A DNA stretch of 64,000 bases from an uncultured delta proteobacterium (GTDB taxonomy: Bacteria; Desulfobacterota; Desulfomonilia; UBA1062), in the NCBI GenBank assembly GCA_963798485.1, contig CAWCTR010000008.1, positions 96,001 through 160,000 on the forward strand. Reading direction: 5' to 3'. Positions 10,140-20,600 of this stretch are shown in pieces. The notes beneath the pieces were generated by a model. The model saw nothing but the letters and a program-made list of their open reading frames with translations. It did no database searches and was not told the DNA's origin. Numbering within the stretch: position 1 is the stretch's first letter; each line of letters begins with the position of its first letter. Both the position numbers and the translations under genes were made by a program.

Positions 10140-11195
10140 ATGGCCCTACAGGTTGTGATTATGGCAGGGGGAAAAGGGGAGAGGCTCTGGCCGGTATCAT
10201 CTGCACAGATGCCGAAACAGCTTATCCCGTTCGAAGGCGATAAGAGCCTGCTCAGGACAACTTTTGAGCGGTCGCTCGATCTTGCGCCGGCTGAGAATAT
10301 TTATGTAGTTACCTCCAGGGACCTGGCCGCCAAGGTCGCGGAAGAGGTCCCGGAGATCCCATCAGGCAATATCCTTGCCGAACCCGTAGGGCGCAATACT
10401 GCGCCATGCATCGGGTATGCGGCCGTGGTCATCTCGAAGAAGGACCCTGATGCAATGATGGCCGTATTTCCATCAGACCACATCATCCGGGAACCGGCCA
10501 AATTGAAAGAGGCGATACTCTTCGGCGCCAAGGCGCTGCACTCGCATCCGGACCTCCTTATAACCTTAGGTGTTGTGCCTGAGCGGCCCGAGACAGGGTA
10601 TGGGTATATCGCACCTGAGGTCGTCCTGTTGAGCCAGGGCGGTCTCACCCTTAAAAGGGTGAAGTCTTTTCATGAAAAACCTGCCCGGATTCTTGCCGAG
10701 CAGTACCTCAAGAGTGGGTACCTATGGAATGCAGGCATGTTCCTCTGGCGGGTGGACACCATCCTTGACATGTTCTCCCGCTACATGGCCGATCTTTCCG
10801 GCGAACTCATGAAGCTTAAATCTTCTCTTGATAGCGATCCTGATTGCGTCGAACGTTTCTACCTGGCCGCACCAAAGGTCTCCATCGACTATGGTATTAT
10901 GGAAAAGGCATCCCGGGTGGCCGTGATACCGGTGGACTTCGGCTGGAGCGATGTGGGCAGCTGGGATGCCATGGGGAACCTGTTCATGACGGATGCCAAG
11001 GGGAATACCATACGGGGTTCCGGGGAGCTTGTAGATGCCGAGCGAAATGTCATCTGGTCCACGGACAAGCATATCGTGCTCATCGGGGTAAACGACCTTG
11101 TAGTGGTGGAAGGGCCTGATGCAATCCTTGTATGCCCGAGGGCATGGTCCCAGCAGGTGGGTGCCATGGCCAAGAAATATTCAAAGGGTGATTAA
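10140..11195 (+). CDS. manC: Mannose-1-phosphate guanylyltransferase
   Basis: IMAGGKGERLWP, EPVGRNTAP, FHEKP, WNAGMF, GWSDVGSW. Confidence 0.92.
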   Translation: MALQVVIMAGGKGERLWPVSSAQMPKQLIPFEGDKSLLRTTFERSLDLAPAENIYVVTSRDLAAKVAEEVPEIPSGNILAEPVGRNTAPCIGYAAVVISKKDPDAMMAVFPSDHIIREPAKLKEAILFGAKALHSHPDLLITLGVVPERPETGYGYIAPEVVLLSQGGLTLKRVKSFHEKPARILAEQYLKSGYLWNAGMFLWRVDTILDMFSRYMADLSGELMKLKSSLDSDPDCVERFYLAAPKVSIDYGIMEKASRVAVIPVDFGWSDVGSWDAMGNLFMTDAKGNTIRGSGELVDAERNVIWSTDKHIVLIGVNDLVVVEGPDAILVCPRAWSQQVGAMAKKYSKGD

Positions 11196-11361
11196 ACTTA
11201 TAGCGAATCATTATAATGCGTTAAAAGCCAGGCATCAGAACAAGGAAAACCCTTCCCTTAAGATTATAGTTTCCTTCTCAAAAAGCCGAAGAGAAGGGAG
11301 ATCAGTTCAAAGAAAATGGTGTGGAAAATGCACATTGTTTAAGGTAAAGGTACCAGATTAG

Positions 11362-12111
11362 ATGAAGATCGAAATCCTCGGCTGCAGCGGATCGGTGATG
11401 CAGGGCTTCAACACGACCAGCATCCTGATCAACAACAAGATCCTGATTGATGCAGGGTCTGTTATGTCCGTGCTCCCCGATAGCGCGCTCGAGGGGATCA
11501 GGAACATCCTGATCACACATCCGCACATAGACCATATCAAGGAACTTCCGTTCCTGGTGGATGCGCTCTTCGGCCAGAAGGCCCAAGGGATCCGGATCAT
11601 GGGCAGCCGGGCAACCATCGAGGCCTTAAAGGCGCATGTCTTTAACGGACTCATATGGCCCGACATGGCCGAGCTTGATACCGACAGGTCATTTTTAAGC
11701 CTTGAGCCTGTACCGCAGGACTGGTTCGACCTTGAGGGTATCCGTATTATGGCCTTTGCGGAAAACCATATAGACGGCTCATTGGGCTATGTGCTCTGCG
11801 AAGAAGGCAAGTATGCCCTGTTCACCGGGGATACCGGGTCCCATAAGGACCTCTTCGATCTCATCAAATCTCTCGGTTCCGACTTGAAGGCATGCTTTGT
11901 GGAGGCATCCTTCCCAAGCTCAATGGGCGCTATCGCTGCAATCACCCAACACCTGACTCCCGAACTGATCATGAAAGGCTTAAACGGTGTCCTTTCTCCC
12001 TCCACCCGGGTAATCATCTACCATATCAAGCCCAAGCATATGGAAGAGGTCGTAGCCGAGCTGCCAAAAAGGTACGAATATATCCGAGGGGGGGAGGTAA
12101 TAACCATTTGA
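11362..12111 (+). CDS. MBL-fold hydrolase, class II cyclic-nucleotide phosphodiesterase-like
   Basis: ILGCSGS, LIDAGS, THPHIDHI, FTGDTG, EASFP, HLTP, YHIKP. Confidence 0.8.
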   Translation: MKIEILGCSGSVMQGFNTTSILINNKILIDAGSVMSVLPDSALEGIRNILITHPHIDHIKELPFLVDALFGQKAQGIRIMGSRATIEALKAHVFNGLIWPDMAELDTDRSFLSLEPVPQDWFDLEGIRIMAFAENHIDGSLGYVLCEEGKYALFTGDTGSHKDLFDLIKSLGSDLKACFVEASFPSSMGAIAAITQHLTPELIMKGLNGVLSPSTRVIIYHIKPKHMEEVVAELPKRYEYIRGGEVITI

Positions 12112-12857
12112 CAGAGGTATTAGATATCGCCAAAAAGGACGGGAGATGGTCCGAGTGCCCTTCCTGTTCCGAGATAATCATAACATCCAAACTGCAAGAA
12201 AATAAGCTGGTCTGCCCCCACTGTGATTTTCACATGCGCATGAACGCGAAGGACCGGATAGCCCTTATCTGCGATGAGGGTTCGTTTGTTGAGATCGAGC
12301 CTGCCGCAATGCGGTCAGAGGAGCTCTCCTCTTCTTCCGATGATGCGCTGAAGTGCGGCCGGGCAATGATCCTCAGACAACCTTGCGTGTTAGGCGTCAT
12401 GGATTTTTCCTTTAAGGGCGGGTCCATGGGTGTGACTGTCGGCCAGACCATTGTGGACCTGATGCATAATGCCCAGCGCAAACAGATCCCCTTTGTGGTT
12501 TTCTGCGCCTCGGGCGGGGTGAGGGTTCAGGAGGGTATATGGGGCCTGCTCCAGATGCTCCGCACGGTCCATGCAAGGGCGTTGACCGGGGATGTCCCCA
12601 TGATCACCATATTCACCGATCCTACGACAGGCGGCGTCAGTGCAAGTTTTGCAGGATTATCGGATATCATGCTTGCAGAGCCCGGCGCACGGATCGGCTT
12701 CGCCGGACCACGTGTCATAGAAGCTACCATGAGCTGCACACTGCCACCGGACTTTCAGGATGCGAGTCGCTTGATGGCGAACGGTTTCATTGATATGATC
12801 GTGCACCGTCACCGGTTGCGCGAGGTTCTCGCCTTCTTCCTGAAATGGTTCTCTTAA
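12108..12857 (+). CDS. accD: Acetyl-CoA carboxylase carboxyltransferase beta subunit
   Basis: TTG start overlapping upstream stop; C4 zinc ribbon (WSECPSC..VCPHC), GGSMG, SGGVRVQEG, PTTGGVSAS, GFAGPRVI. Confidence 0.9.
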   Translation: MTEVLDIAKKDGRWSECPSCSEIIITSKLQENKLVCPHCDFHMRMNAKDRIALICDEGSFVEIEPAAMRSEELSSSSDDALKCGRAMILRQPCVLGVMDFSFKGGSMGVTVGQTIVDLMHNAQRKQIPFVVFCASGGVRVQEGIWGLLQMLRTVHARALTGDVPMITIFTDPTTGGVSASFAGLSDIMLAEPGARIGFAGPRVIEATMSCTLPPDFQDASRLMANGFIDMIVHRHRLREVLAFFLKWFS

Positions 12858-13999
12858 GTGTCGATCAGCACAAGTGGTCCTTTGGCCTTGAGAGGGTAAG
12901 AAGGGCTCTTGATACCCTTGACCACCCGGAACGCGCGTATCCCCATGTTCTCGTAGCCGGGACCAACGGCAAAGGTTCCACCTGTATCTATCTCGAGAAG
13001 ATCCTTATGAGCACCGGACGCCGTGTCGGAACGACCATATCCCCCCATGTGAGCAGGTTCACGGAAAGGTTCAGGATCAATGGAAAAGAGGTAAGCCATC
13101 ATGAGCTGAAAAGACTACGCGAAGAGCTGGAAACCCTTGTCGGCAGTTTCAACCTCACCTATTTCGAATGGTGCGTGATCCTTGCCGCCCAGCTGTTTGC
13201 CAGGAACAAGATAGATGTGGGCATCTTCGAGGTCGGGCTTGGAGGCAGGTATGATGCATCCAATGCCCTGGACCCTGCCGTCTCGATTATAACCGGCATA
13301 TCCATAGACCATACCGACTACCTCGGTAACACAATAGCGGCTATTGCCGGAGAGAAGGCTTTGATAGCAAGGCCCGGCAGGCCCCTTGTTTCATCAGCCA
13401 CGGATGATGCCCTTCAGGTGATCAAGGACCATGCACGCTCTATCGGTGCACAGCTGTATGTGATGAATGATCCGATCGAATCGGCTGTAGCCTTGGCCGG
13501 GGGGCCTCAAAAGGATAATGCGGCGCTGGCTTTACAGGCCGCACATCTCCTTGGAGTCTTTGCCGGAGAACCGGCGCTGACCCATGCCCTTATGACCTCA
13601 TTCCTTCCGGGCAGGATTGAAAAGGTGGGCCCACATATCATCATGGATGTGGCGCACAATCCCTCATCTATGCTAGTCCTTGTGGAGCACTTGAAGAATA
13701 ACGGCTTTGATGGGGTGGCGGTTGCGGGTATCTTGTCCGATAAGGACTACCTGACGATCATCACGACATTGAAAGAAGTATGCTCCCACCTCTTCATAGC
13801 CCCGGTGCGATCGCCGAGATCGTGGGGAGAACCCGAAATGAGGCGTGTGGAGGCATTAGGCGGTGTCACGGTATTCAAAAGCATCACGCAGGCCTTTACT
13901 GAAGCGATTCAGACCGGATTACCCGTTGTGGTCACGGGTTCATTCTATACCGTAGGAGAGGTAAGGGAACTGCTCATATGCCCAGGCTGGTCTTCCTGA
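12845..13999 (+). CDS. folC: Folylpolyglutamate synthase/dihydrofolate synthase
   Basis: VAGTNGKGST, SPHV, EVGLGGRYDASN, DVAHNP, TGSFY. Confidence 0.93.
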   Translation: MVLLSVDQHKWSFGLERVRRALDTLDHPERAYPHVLVAGTNGKGSTCIYLEKILMSTGRRVGTTISPHVSRFTERFRINGKEVSHHELKRLREELETLVGSFNLTYFEWCVILAAQLFARNKIDVGIFEVGLGGRYDASNALDPAVSIITGISIDHTDYLGNTIAAIAGEKALIARPGRPLVSSATDDALQVIKDHARSIGAQLYVMNDPIESAVALAGGPQKDNAALALQAAHLLGVFAGEPALTHALMTSFLPGRIEKVGPHIIMDVAHNPSSMLVLVEHLKNNGFDGVAVAGILSDKDYLTIITTLKEVCSHLFIAPVRSPRSWGEPEMRRVEALGGVTVFKSITQAFTEAIQTGLPVVVTGSFYTVGEVRELLICPGWSS

Positions 14000-16089
14000 T
14001 TGTCCTGATCTGTTTTTTCCTTCATGGGATTGCCGTGGCAAAGATGCTCAATGTGGAAGCGGATGATGTGCTCAAGATCGGCCAGCGCATAGAGGCATAC
14101 GGTAACGTTGTGGTAACGGGAGAGGAGCTCACCTTAAAGGCCGATTACATTGTCTACGATACCTCAACGGAAGATATCTGGGCCACAGGGGACTGCACCA
14201 TGAAGGAGGCCAAGGGAGAGGTCAAGTCCGATTCTCTTTCCTATAATGCCATGAGAAAAGACCTGCATATCCAAAACGGGACGATTTTCAGCTATAACCA
14301 GGCCATGACCATATCAGGAGAATCCATCACACGCTATGGTGACGATTATATTACCGGAGAATCCGTTGAATTCACCCACTGCCTTGGGACCCCGCCCGAC
14401 TGGTCCATTGCCGCCGATGAGCTTGAGGTCCCGGTGGGGGGGTATGGAAACGCACAGGATGCACGGTTCAAGGTCAGGTCATGGCCCCTCTTATGGAGTC
14501 CGTATCTTTTTTTCCCGGCCGACCTCGACCGTCACTCCGGACTGCTTTTCCCTGAGATAAGCCATGGGTCGGATTATGGCTATCGCCTTGGCTTGCCTGC
14601 ATATATCGTACTTGGCAGGTCAATCGACTGGACCATCACCCCTACCTGGCTTTCGGATCGAGGCTTGCTCATGAAAAACGAATTGAGGTACTGCAAAGAT
14701 TACGATCAGAACGGTCTCATCTATTTCGAGACCCTTCATGACAAGCTTGGAGGGGAAAAAGGGAATGGAGGTGTGCTGCAAACTGTTCCCTTCGACAGAT
14801 GGTTTGTCAAGACAGAACAGAGCGGTGGTAACCTGAACTGGGATATCAACCTGGTGAATAATGTTGACTACTTCAGGGACATAGGTACATTTTATGATTC
14901 GAAATACCTAACAGAATCGATGCCGGGCGGTGATGTAAATCAGCTTGATGATTCAAATCTTACAGAACTTATATCCAGGCTCCAGTGGGTGAATTCATAT
15001 AAGGGAGTTTCCTTGGCCTTATCCGGTCAATGGAAACAGGACTTAACCCAGAAAGACAACGGAACCACCCTCCAGGAGCTCCCCAAGATTACCGCAAGGG
15101 TGAGGGAGCAAAATATACCGTATACCCCCCTTCAGATATCAGCAGAGGCTGACTCCACAAGACTTTACACTCTTGCTTCCATAGAGGCCTTAAAAGATAA
15201 TGCCCAAACCGAGATCTCATGGCCTCTGAATGTATTTCCATACTTCACCTTCAGGCCATATGTGACGGAATTCTATCGCGACACATTGTTCTCCGAGACA
15301 AAGGATCTTTTTCCTGATTCAACCTATCAGGAGCATTGGGAAGAGCGGGGTGCATCACTATCGACAACACTTTACAGCTCCAGGTTTGCAGGAGGGTTGT
15401 ATCATCAGGTGATACCGGCGATATCATGGGCACACTTATCCCGAATCGGGGGTAACTATAATCTGCTTGATCCTAACGATACCTTCCCGCAACTCCTCAC
15501 CGGCGATGACTGGGAGAAGACCTCTAACATGGATTTAAGTCTATCCAATTATCTTCGGAACGCCCAAGGCGCATCGTTGGCTGATTTGAGTGTTGACAGC
15601 TATTACAGTTACCTCACAAAACAATGGAACGATATCAATGTGAGAGCAAACCTCCATCCATTCTCCTGGCTGAGTGCATCCCATACCAATATTTTTAGCA
15701 GGGCGCCGGGTAGTCCATATGCTACATCAGAACATTCAACAAGGCTTTCATTGACTGATACGGGGGGAGATGTGGTAACCTTTGGGGAGGAATATCACAG
15801 GCCGGACACAAAGCTCATTACTGCGGGCATTCAGGAAACGCTGACGAAAGGGTTTGTGGCCGGATGTGAAGTAAAGTTCAACTCCATAGACCATAAGCTC
15901 GACGACCAGACGCAAACCATTGGCTATAACTCTCAGTGCTGGGCCGTCATTGCCGAAAGACGAGTGGTGGCGCAAGGGAGTATCACTCCCAGGAAGACTA
16001 CATGGTCGCTGAATGTGAAACTTCTCGGCATGGGAGACCTTATACGTTCGGGTCAGAGTAATACTAATACAGGGGCAACTCAAAAATGA
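13978..16089 (+). CDS. lptD: LPS assembly outer-membrane protein LptD
   Basis: Signal peptide, OstA-like N-terminus, FTHC..PDW, RHSGLLFP, YNSQCW; follows folC. Confidence 0.8.
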   Translation: MPRLVFLIVLICFFLHGIAVAKMLNVEADDVLKIGQRIEAYGNVVVTGEELTLKADYIVYDTSTEDIWATGDCTMKEAKGEVKSDSLSYNAMRKDLHIQNGTIFSYNQAMTISGESITRYGDDYITGESVEFTHCLGTPPDWSIAADELEVPVGGYGNAQDARFKVRSWPLLWSPYLFFPADLDRHSGLLFPEISHGSDYGYRLGLPAYIVLGRSIDWTITPTWLSDRGLLMKNELRYCKDYDQNGLIYFETLHDKLGGEKGNGGVLQTVPFDRWFVKTEQSGGNLNWDINLVNNVDYFRDIGTFYDSKYLTESMPGGDVNQLDDSNLTELISRLQWVNSYKGVSLALSGQWKQDLTQKDNGTTLQELPKITARVREQNIPYTPLQISAEADSTRLYTLASIEALKDNAQTEISWPLNVFPYFTFRPYVTEFYRDTLFSETKDLFPDSTYQEHWEERGASLSTTLYSSRFAGGLYHQVIPAISWAHLSRIGGNYNLLDPNDTFPQLLTGDDWEKTSNMDLSLSNYLRNAQGASLADLSVDSYYSYLTKQWNDINVRANLHPFSWLSASHTNIFSRAPGSPYATSEHSTRLSLTDTGGDVVTFGEEYHRPDTKLITAGIQETLTKGFVAGCEVKFNSIDHKLDDQTQTIGYNSQCWAVIAERRVVAQGSITPRKTTWSLNVKLLGMGDLIRSGQSNTNTGATQK

Positions 16090-16133
16090 TTCCCTATGAA
16101 AGATGCAATGTAGACTTGGAAGGCCTTGTGAAC

Positions 16134-17204
16134 TTAAACCTGATACCGCTCAATCAGGCGCTCTATGGCCGATGAGGTCTCCTGGGAGATTACGGACCTG
16201 TTGATAAGCAGTATGAGGGCGAAAATTTTGAAAGGAAAGAGCAGAACCAGCCTGCCCTGGTCGATAAACGTCACCTTTTTTGGCCTGGTGGGGCAGAGTT
16301 CGCCGAGCGCCTCGGGAAGGCTCATATAGAATTTTGCAACATAAGGAATATTAATTTCCTTACCGATGTTGCCGCTCTGGTAGAGGATTTCCTGAGCGGA
16401 TATCATCAAGGCGATGCCTGTACATTCATTGAGGGATGAGAGATTTTTCACAAGCGTACGTGTGGATTCGTCCACCGGCGCTGTATCGCTGTCCTCGATC
16501 TCGCCGCGTTCCAGGGCCAGGCTCATCTCGTCGGCGCGCCGCATGCCCTCTATGAGAAGGTATTCCCAATTTGTGGAGATGGAGTTCCTGGGCGCCTTCG
16601 TGCCGCCCACGAACTTGAAATTTCCTGTGGACCATGACAGGATGGTAAAAAGGGCCTCTTCCCCTTCGATGGCCCCCACCTCGGAGTGGGTGATCTGGCC
16701 GTCTTCAAAATAGATGCAGCCCTTGCGATCGTCCTTTTTTACAAAGAGGGCCGTGGTCATCTGGCTCAGGCAGTTCATCTGGATAAGGTCCGGCAGCTGC
16801 AGGCCGGTGATGCTTCCTGCAAACCCGCGTGCAGAATCCTCCTTGAGGGCCTTGAGGATGAGCCCCCTCATCTGTTCTATTTCAAAGGGTTTTTCGATGT
16901 AGAAAAGAGAGCCCCTCGCCTTGGCCTTTTCCTTAACATTTATCGACCCATAGGCAGTCATCATAATAACCTTTGTAGCAGGCTTCTTTTCCTTGATCTT
17001 TACCAGGACATCCAGCCCGCTTATGCCCGGAAGCCTGATATCAAGCACTACGACATCGAAGGCGTGTTCTTCAAAAACACTAAGCGCGGTTTCTCCATCG
17101 TTCACCGTTGTCACTTCGTAGGTTTCACGGTCATGTGCAAGCGATTTTGCCAGTGACCAGGTCAGGGTTTCTTCGTCGTCTACGATGAGTACCTGCTTGG
17201 GCAT
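16134..17204 (-). CDS. Response regulator: REC + DUF4388 (PATAN-like) + probable C-terminal roadblock-like domain
   Basis: VLIVDDE, LDIRLPG, YIEKPF receiver; GFAGSI..LQLPDLIQM..GCIYFEDGQITH..GEEALFTILSW..GNF..LLIEGMRRADE. Confidence 0.85.
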   Translation of the reverse strand: MPKQVLIVDDEETLTWSLAKSLAHDRETYEVTTVNDGETALSVFEEHAFDVVVLDIRLPGISGLDVLVKIKEKKPATKVIMMTAYGSINVKEKAKARGSLFYIEKPFEIEQMRGLILKALKEDSARGFAGSITGLQLPDLIQMNCLSQMTTALFVKKDDRKGCIYFEDGQITHSEVGAIEGEEALFTILSWSTGNFKFVGGTKAPRNSISTNWEYLLIEGMRRADEMSLALERGEIEDSDTAPVDESTRTLVKNLSSLNECTGIALMISAQEILYQSGNIGKEINIPYVAKFYMSLPEALGELCPTRPKKVTFIDQGRLVLLFPFKIFALILLINRSVISQETSSAIERLIERYQV

Positions 17205-17205
17205 G

Positions 17206-17955
17206 CTATCTCCTCGAGATCCTCTCAAGGGCCATTTCCAAAGAGGTCTTTAAACGGAGATATGATTCGGTGAATGATTCCATCTCTTTGCTCTTTGTTG
17301 CTTCAATCTCATGTTTGAAATCGCCCAGGCTCAAGGCCTCTAAGGCATCGAGCGCATGGCGGGTCGGGGCTGCAACGGTCCTGGTTATGACATACGCTAT
17401 CAATATAGCTATGCACGATCCGATAATCAAGAAGATGCCCAATATCGTTAAAATGCTCGACAATGCATCTTTGATCTGTTTGTTGTGCTCCGAAAATAGG
17501 GCATTTTCCCATGCCTTTGGCTTCAAGGCAATGATGGACTGTTCGGCATTGAGCGGTTGAACCACCACCATGAATTCTTTGGAGCTCACTGTTGATGGTT
17601 TCTCGGATTTTATCGCATTTATGATTTTATCCGCCTGGTCCAGAAGATCAGGGTGTTTGTACAGGGCGACACCTTTGTGGGCCGCGTTCGTGGAAGAGAC
17701 AAGCTGAAGATCACTGTTGTTCACCACAAAGATCTCGGCCCATGATTCGGGCAGCCTCAAGGTATCTATCTTTTCAGGGGGGATTGATGATAATATCCAC
17801 GTCAGGATCTTTGAATCCTCTTTAAAGAGAGAATCCGTCAGCGGGTCCAGATTCACCTTCTGCACGGAGCGCACCTGGGTGAAAATGAGTATTGATGAAA
17901 GCGCCAACATAACCACAGCACCAATGCACACTATGAAAAATACCTTTATCTTCAT
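17206..17955 (-). CDS. Membrane protein: 2 TM, extracytoplasmic Cache-like domain and a terminal HAMP, no output domain
   Basis: N-terminal TM, second TM followed by AAPTRHALDALEALSLGDF..SKEMESFTESY HAMP pattern, then stop. Confidence 0.7.
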   Translation of the reverse strand: MKIKVFFIVCIGAVVMLALSSILIFTQVRSVQKVNLDPLTDSLFKEDSKILTWILSSIPPEKIDTLRLPESWAEIFVVNNSDLQLVSSTNAAHKGVALYKHPDLLDQADKIINAIKSEKPSTVSSKEFMVVVQPLNAEQSIIALKPKAWENALFSEHNKQIKDALSSILTILGIFLIIGSCIAILIAYVITRTVAAPTRHALDALEALSLGDFKHEIEATKSKEMESFTESYLRLKTSLEMALERISRR

Positions 17956-17961
17956 GGGAGA

Positions 17962-18768
17962 TCAAACCTCCGCCTTGAGCCAGTCTGTCATGGCATCTAA
18001 GAATTTCAAGGACATCTTTTCACTGGGTATCTTGCTGGAGAGCGTTTCAATGAGGAATGCCTTCTGATCCGTGCTGTCTGAGAGGAGATCGGCCTTCAGG
18101 TCTTCAGCCGTCTCTACGATGATATAGGGGGCAATGGGCCCCATGGCCTGTGTAAGGGCGCTTCTCAGGGAATTGATGAATTCCGTCTCGGGCAGATTTA
18201 TTGACCGGCGTATCTCCTGGTTGTCCTGCTGGGTTGCATCACGGAGCAAGCCCATCCTGAGCAGGGTGTAGAGAATCTTCATGCAATCCGAGACACCGAG
18301 GTTGATCCCCTGCGCTATGTCGGCTATGGATTTCTTACCGTCGATGGCGGTCAAAACCCTCCACTGAATGGATTTGAGCTGGACCTCCTTGTCTCTGATG
18401 TCCGGTTCCAGGGTGTAGACAGCCGAAGAGGACGGGATGAGTGAGGTGATCTTATCCATCTGGCGTAAATGAGAAGTGGTTTCAGCAAGCACCTCATCAA
18501 TGCCCATGATGACGGTCTGCATGTCTGCAGGTTCATCGACAAAGAAGCGGTATTCGCCGGATGCCCAGACCGCAATCTCCTGGACGGCCTTAATGCCATT
18601 TAAGGAGCCGCACTGGGCATGAATAACCTCTCCGTCAGTGAAAAAGATATTGCCGGAATCGGACCCGTTGGTCAGGTAGAGCCTTCCCGATCGCTTGCCC
18701 AGTGAGAGTATCTTGATGATCTCCGGGCACCGTGTGTTTTCAAGATCGCCGCTGATATCCTGCTTCAT
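17962..18768 (-). CDS. DUF4388-domain protein with central HTH-like segment
   Basis: SGDL..PEIIKIL..SGRLYL..GNIFFTDGEVIHA..W..GEYRF; QWRVLTAIDGKKSIADIA; ALTQAMGPIA C-terminal motif. Confidence 0.8.
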   Translation of the reverse strand: MKQDISGDLENTRCPEIIKILSLGKRSGRLYLTNGSDSGNIFFTDGEVIHAQCGSLNGIKAVQEIAVWASGEYRFFVDEPADMQTVIMGIDEVLAETTSHLRQMDKITSLIPSSSAVYTLEPDIRDKEVQLKSIQWRVLTAIDGKKSIADIAQGINLGVSDCMKILYTLLRMGLLRDATQQDNQEIRRSINLPETEFINSLRSALTQAMGPIAPYIIVETAEDLKADLLSDSTDQKAFLIETLSSKIPSEKMSLKFLDAMTDWLKAEV

Positions 18769-18777
18769 ACGTTCTTA

Positions 18778-19098
18778 TTACTCCTTGGTCATATTCGCAA
18801 TAATAAGCTTGCCGGTCATGCGAAGCAGCGCCTGGTTGGCCCTCAGGCTCGATACCACCATCAACATGGTGTCCCCTGAGAGGAAGACCGTAAGCAGCAC
18901 ATCATCCAGGAGGATTTCCACCGTATTTCCAGGGCGGCAGTTGTCTCCGATAAGATCATGATAAAGGAGCCACAACTTGTCTTTTGCCCCTGAAAACTTG
19001 TTTTTTGAAGGCAGCTTAATCTGCATGCTCTTCCCTTGTGCTATGATATAACCCTGCACACCTGGTATCTGCAAGAGGTCTTTTATAGCTCCTTTCAT
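18778..19098 (-). CDS. Roadblock/LC7-like small protein
   Basis: 106 aa, IKDLLQIPGVQGYII N-terminus and ANQALLRMT C-terminus typical of roadblock/MglB-like folds. Confidence 0.6.
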   Translation of the reverse strand: MKGAIKDLLQIPGVQGYIIAQGKSMQIKLPSKNKFSGAKDKLWLLYHDLIGDNCRPGNTVEILLDDVLLTVFLSGDTMLMVVSSLRANQALLRMTGKLIIANMTKE

Positions 19099-19213
19099 AT
19101 CAATTGCCCTATCGGCAAAGGGGCGTTGTTTCTTTACGTGCAAGGAAACCTCAAGGTTTGCCATGCAGGGCCGATAAGTCATTTATCAAGCAAAATACGG
19201 CAGGATTAAGGGA

Positions 19214-19486
19214 ATGTTTACACAGATACTACGTGCACTAAGAAAATTCTGGTTATGGATGACAGGCAATCCGTTTCAAGGCGTAGAACTTTACCGCATT
19301 AAAGATGAAGACCTGCAATTTGACCCGGATATAGACCGGATTATGCGTGAAAGCGAGCTTGATGAAATCTTCAGGAGCTTCGGAAACCTGGAGGAGTACA
19401 ACAAGGAGTTTGTAGTCTTTTTCAAGGCTCACCGCAGGGAATTCCTTCTCGATTACTCACAAAGAGACGGCCACTTCCGGGTATAG
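19214..19486 (+). CDS. Hypothetical protein
   Basis: 90-aa ORF with AAGGGA RBS, divergent from the DUF4388 operon. Confidence 0.55.
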   Translation: MFTQILRALRKFWLWMTGNPFQGVELYRIKDEDLQFDPDIDRIMRESELDEIFRSFGNLEEYNKEFVVFFKAHRREFLLDYSQRDGHFRV

Positions 19487-19640
19487 CGTCAAATCCCCTC
19501 AACAAGACCTCGACCACCTCGTTTCTTTCCACATTTTTATCCTATGTATGCGCACAGGCGTTTCAATGGATTTTGATCCTTGTGATAAGGGCTCTTCTCA
19601 CCTATTATGATAAGTAATTATTGAAATGTAAGGATTATGA

Positions 19641-20201
19641 ATGGAAGACACAATTTCTGCAATCTTTGAGGAAAGCAAAGGCCTCCATGAACGGCTTATG
19701 CCTTTGGCCCCGAAGATCGAGCAGGCTGCCCGGTTGATGATTGAATGTATCGAAGTGGGCGGCAAGATCATGTTTGCAGGAAATGGCGGGTCGGCAGCCG
19801 ATGCCCAGCATCTTGCCGCAGAGCTGGTGAATAGGTTCAAGAAAGAGCGCAGGCCGATGGCAGGCCTTGCGCTCACTACCGATACCTCGGTGATTACTGC
19901 AATCGGGAACGACTATTCCTTTGATGAGATATTCGCAAAACAGATCATGGCCGTCGGCAGGGCAGGGGACCTTTTTGTCAGTATATCCACAAGCGGCAAT
20001 TCAAGAGATATTATCAGGGCTATCGAGACTGCCCGTGACATGGGCATAGCCACCATAGCCCTTATAGGTGAAGGCGGGAAGATCAAGGACCTTGCAGGCT
20101 GCGCCATCGCTGTACCTTCCTGCAACACCCCGAGGGTCCAGGAGGTGCATATCCTCATCGGCCACATCCTGTGCGAACTCCTCGAAAATGCCTTGAGCTG
20201 A
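19641..20201 (+). CDS. gmhA: Phosphoheptose isomerase
   Basis: GNGGSAADAQHLAAEL, TAIGNDY, STSGNS, TPRVQEVH. Confidence 0.96.
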   Translation: MEDTISAIFEESKGLHERLMPLAPKIEQAARLMIECIEVGGKIMFAGNGGSAADAQHLAAELVNRFKKERRPMAGLALTTDTSVITAIGNDYSFDEIFAKQIMAVGRAGDLFVSISTSGNSRDIIRAIETARDMGIATIALIGEGGKIKDLAGCAIAVPSCNTPRVQEVHILIGHILCELLENALS

Positions 20202-20245
20202 TTTGACAAATGCCAACAGAGGTACTATTAACAAGTATAACCCAT

Positions 20246-20600
20246 GGGGGCGTAATGGGTTCGACGGGGGTAGTTGATACCCAAGGAGCATGCCGAGTTC
20301 TGCTGACTCGTAAAACAGGCAGAGACACGATAAGTGCCGACGATTATAACTACGCAATGGCTGCTTAACGAGTAGCCCGTCTAAGCATGACCCCGCCCAT
20401 CGGATCATGTTTGGGCGTCAAATTAAGATGGGCAAACCCTGCAGTCAGACCCCTGGGTTGCAGGGTATCAAAGAGGGGTTGGGGCCGGGAAGCCTGTCTG
20501 TGGGCGGAACGAGCCCGAGACATTAATACACTGACTAAGCATGTAGACGCCTTGTGTTGAAGGCCTTCGGACGGGGGTTCGATTCCCCCCGCCTCCACCA
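20246..20600 (+). ncRNA. ssrA: tmRNA; tag reading frame 20336-20368 encodes ADDYNYAMAA-stop
   Basis: 5' GGGGGCG..GGTTCGAC; 3' T-arm and acceptor GGGGGTTCGATTCCCCCCGCCTCCACCA; internal tag ORF ending in AA. Confidence 0.96.
20575..20593 (+). repeat. att core copy 1 inside the tmRNA 3' end (GGGTTCGATTCCCCCCGCC)
   Basis: Identical 19-mer at 22456-22474. Confidence 0.9.
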
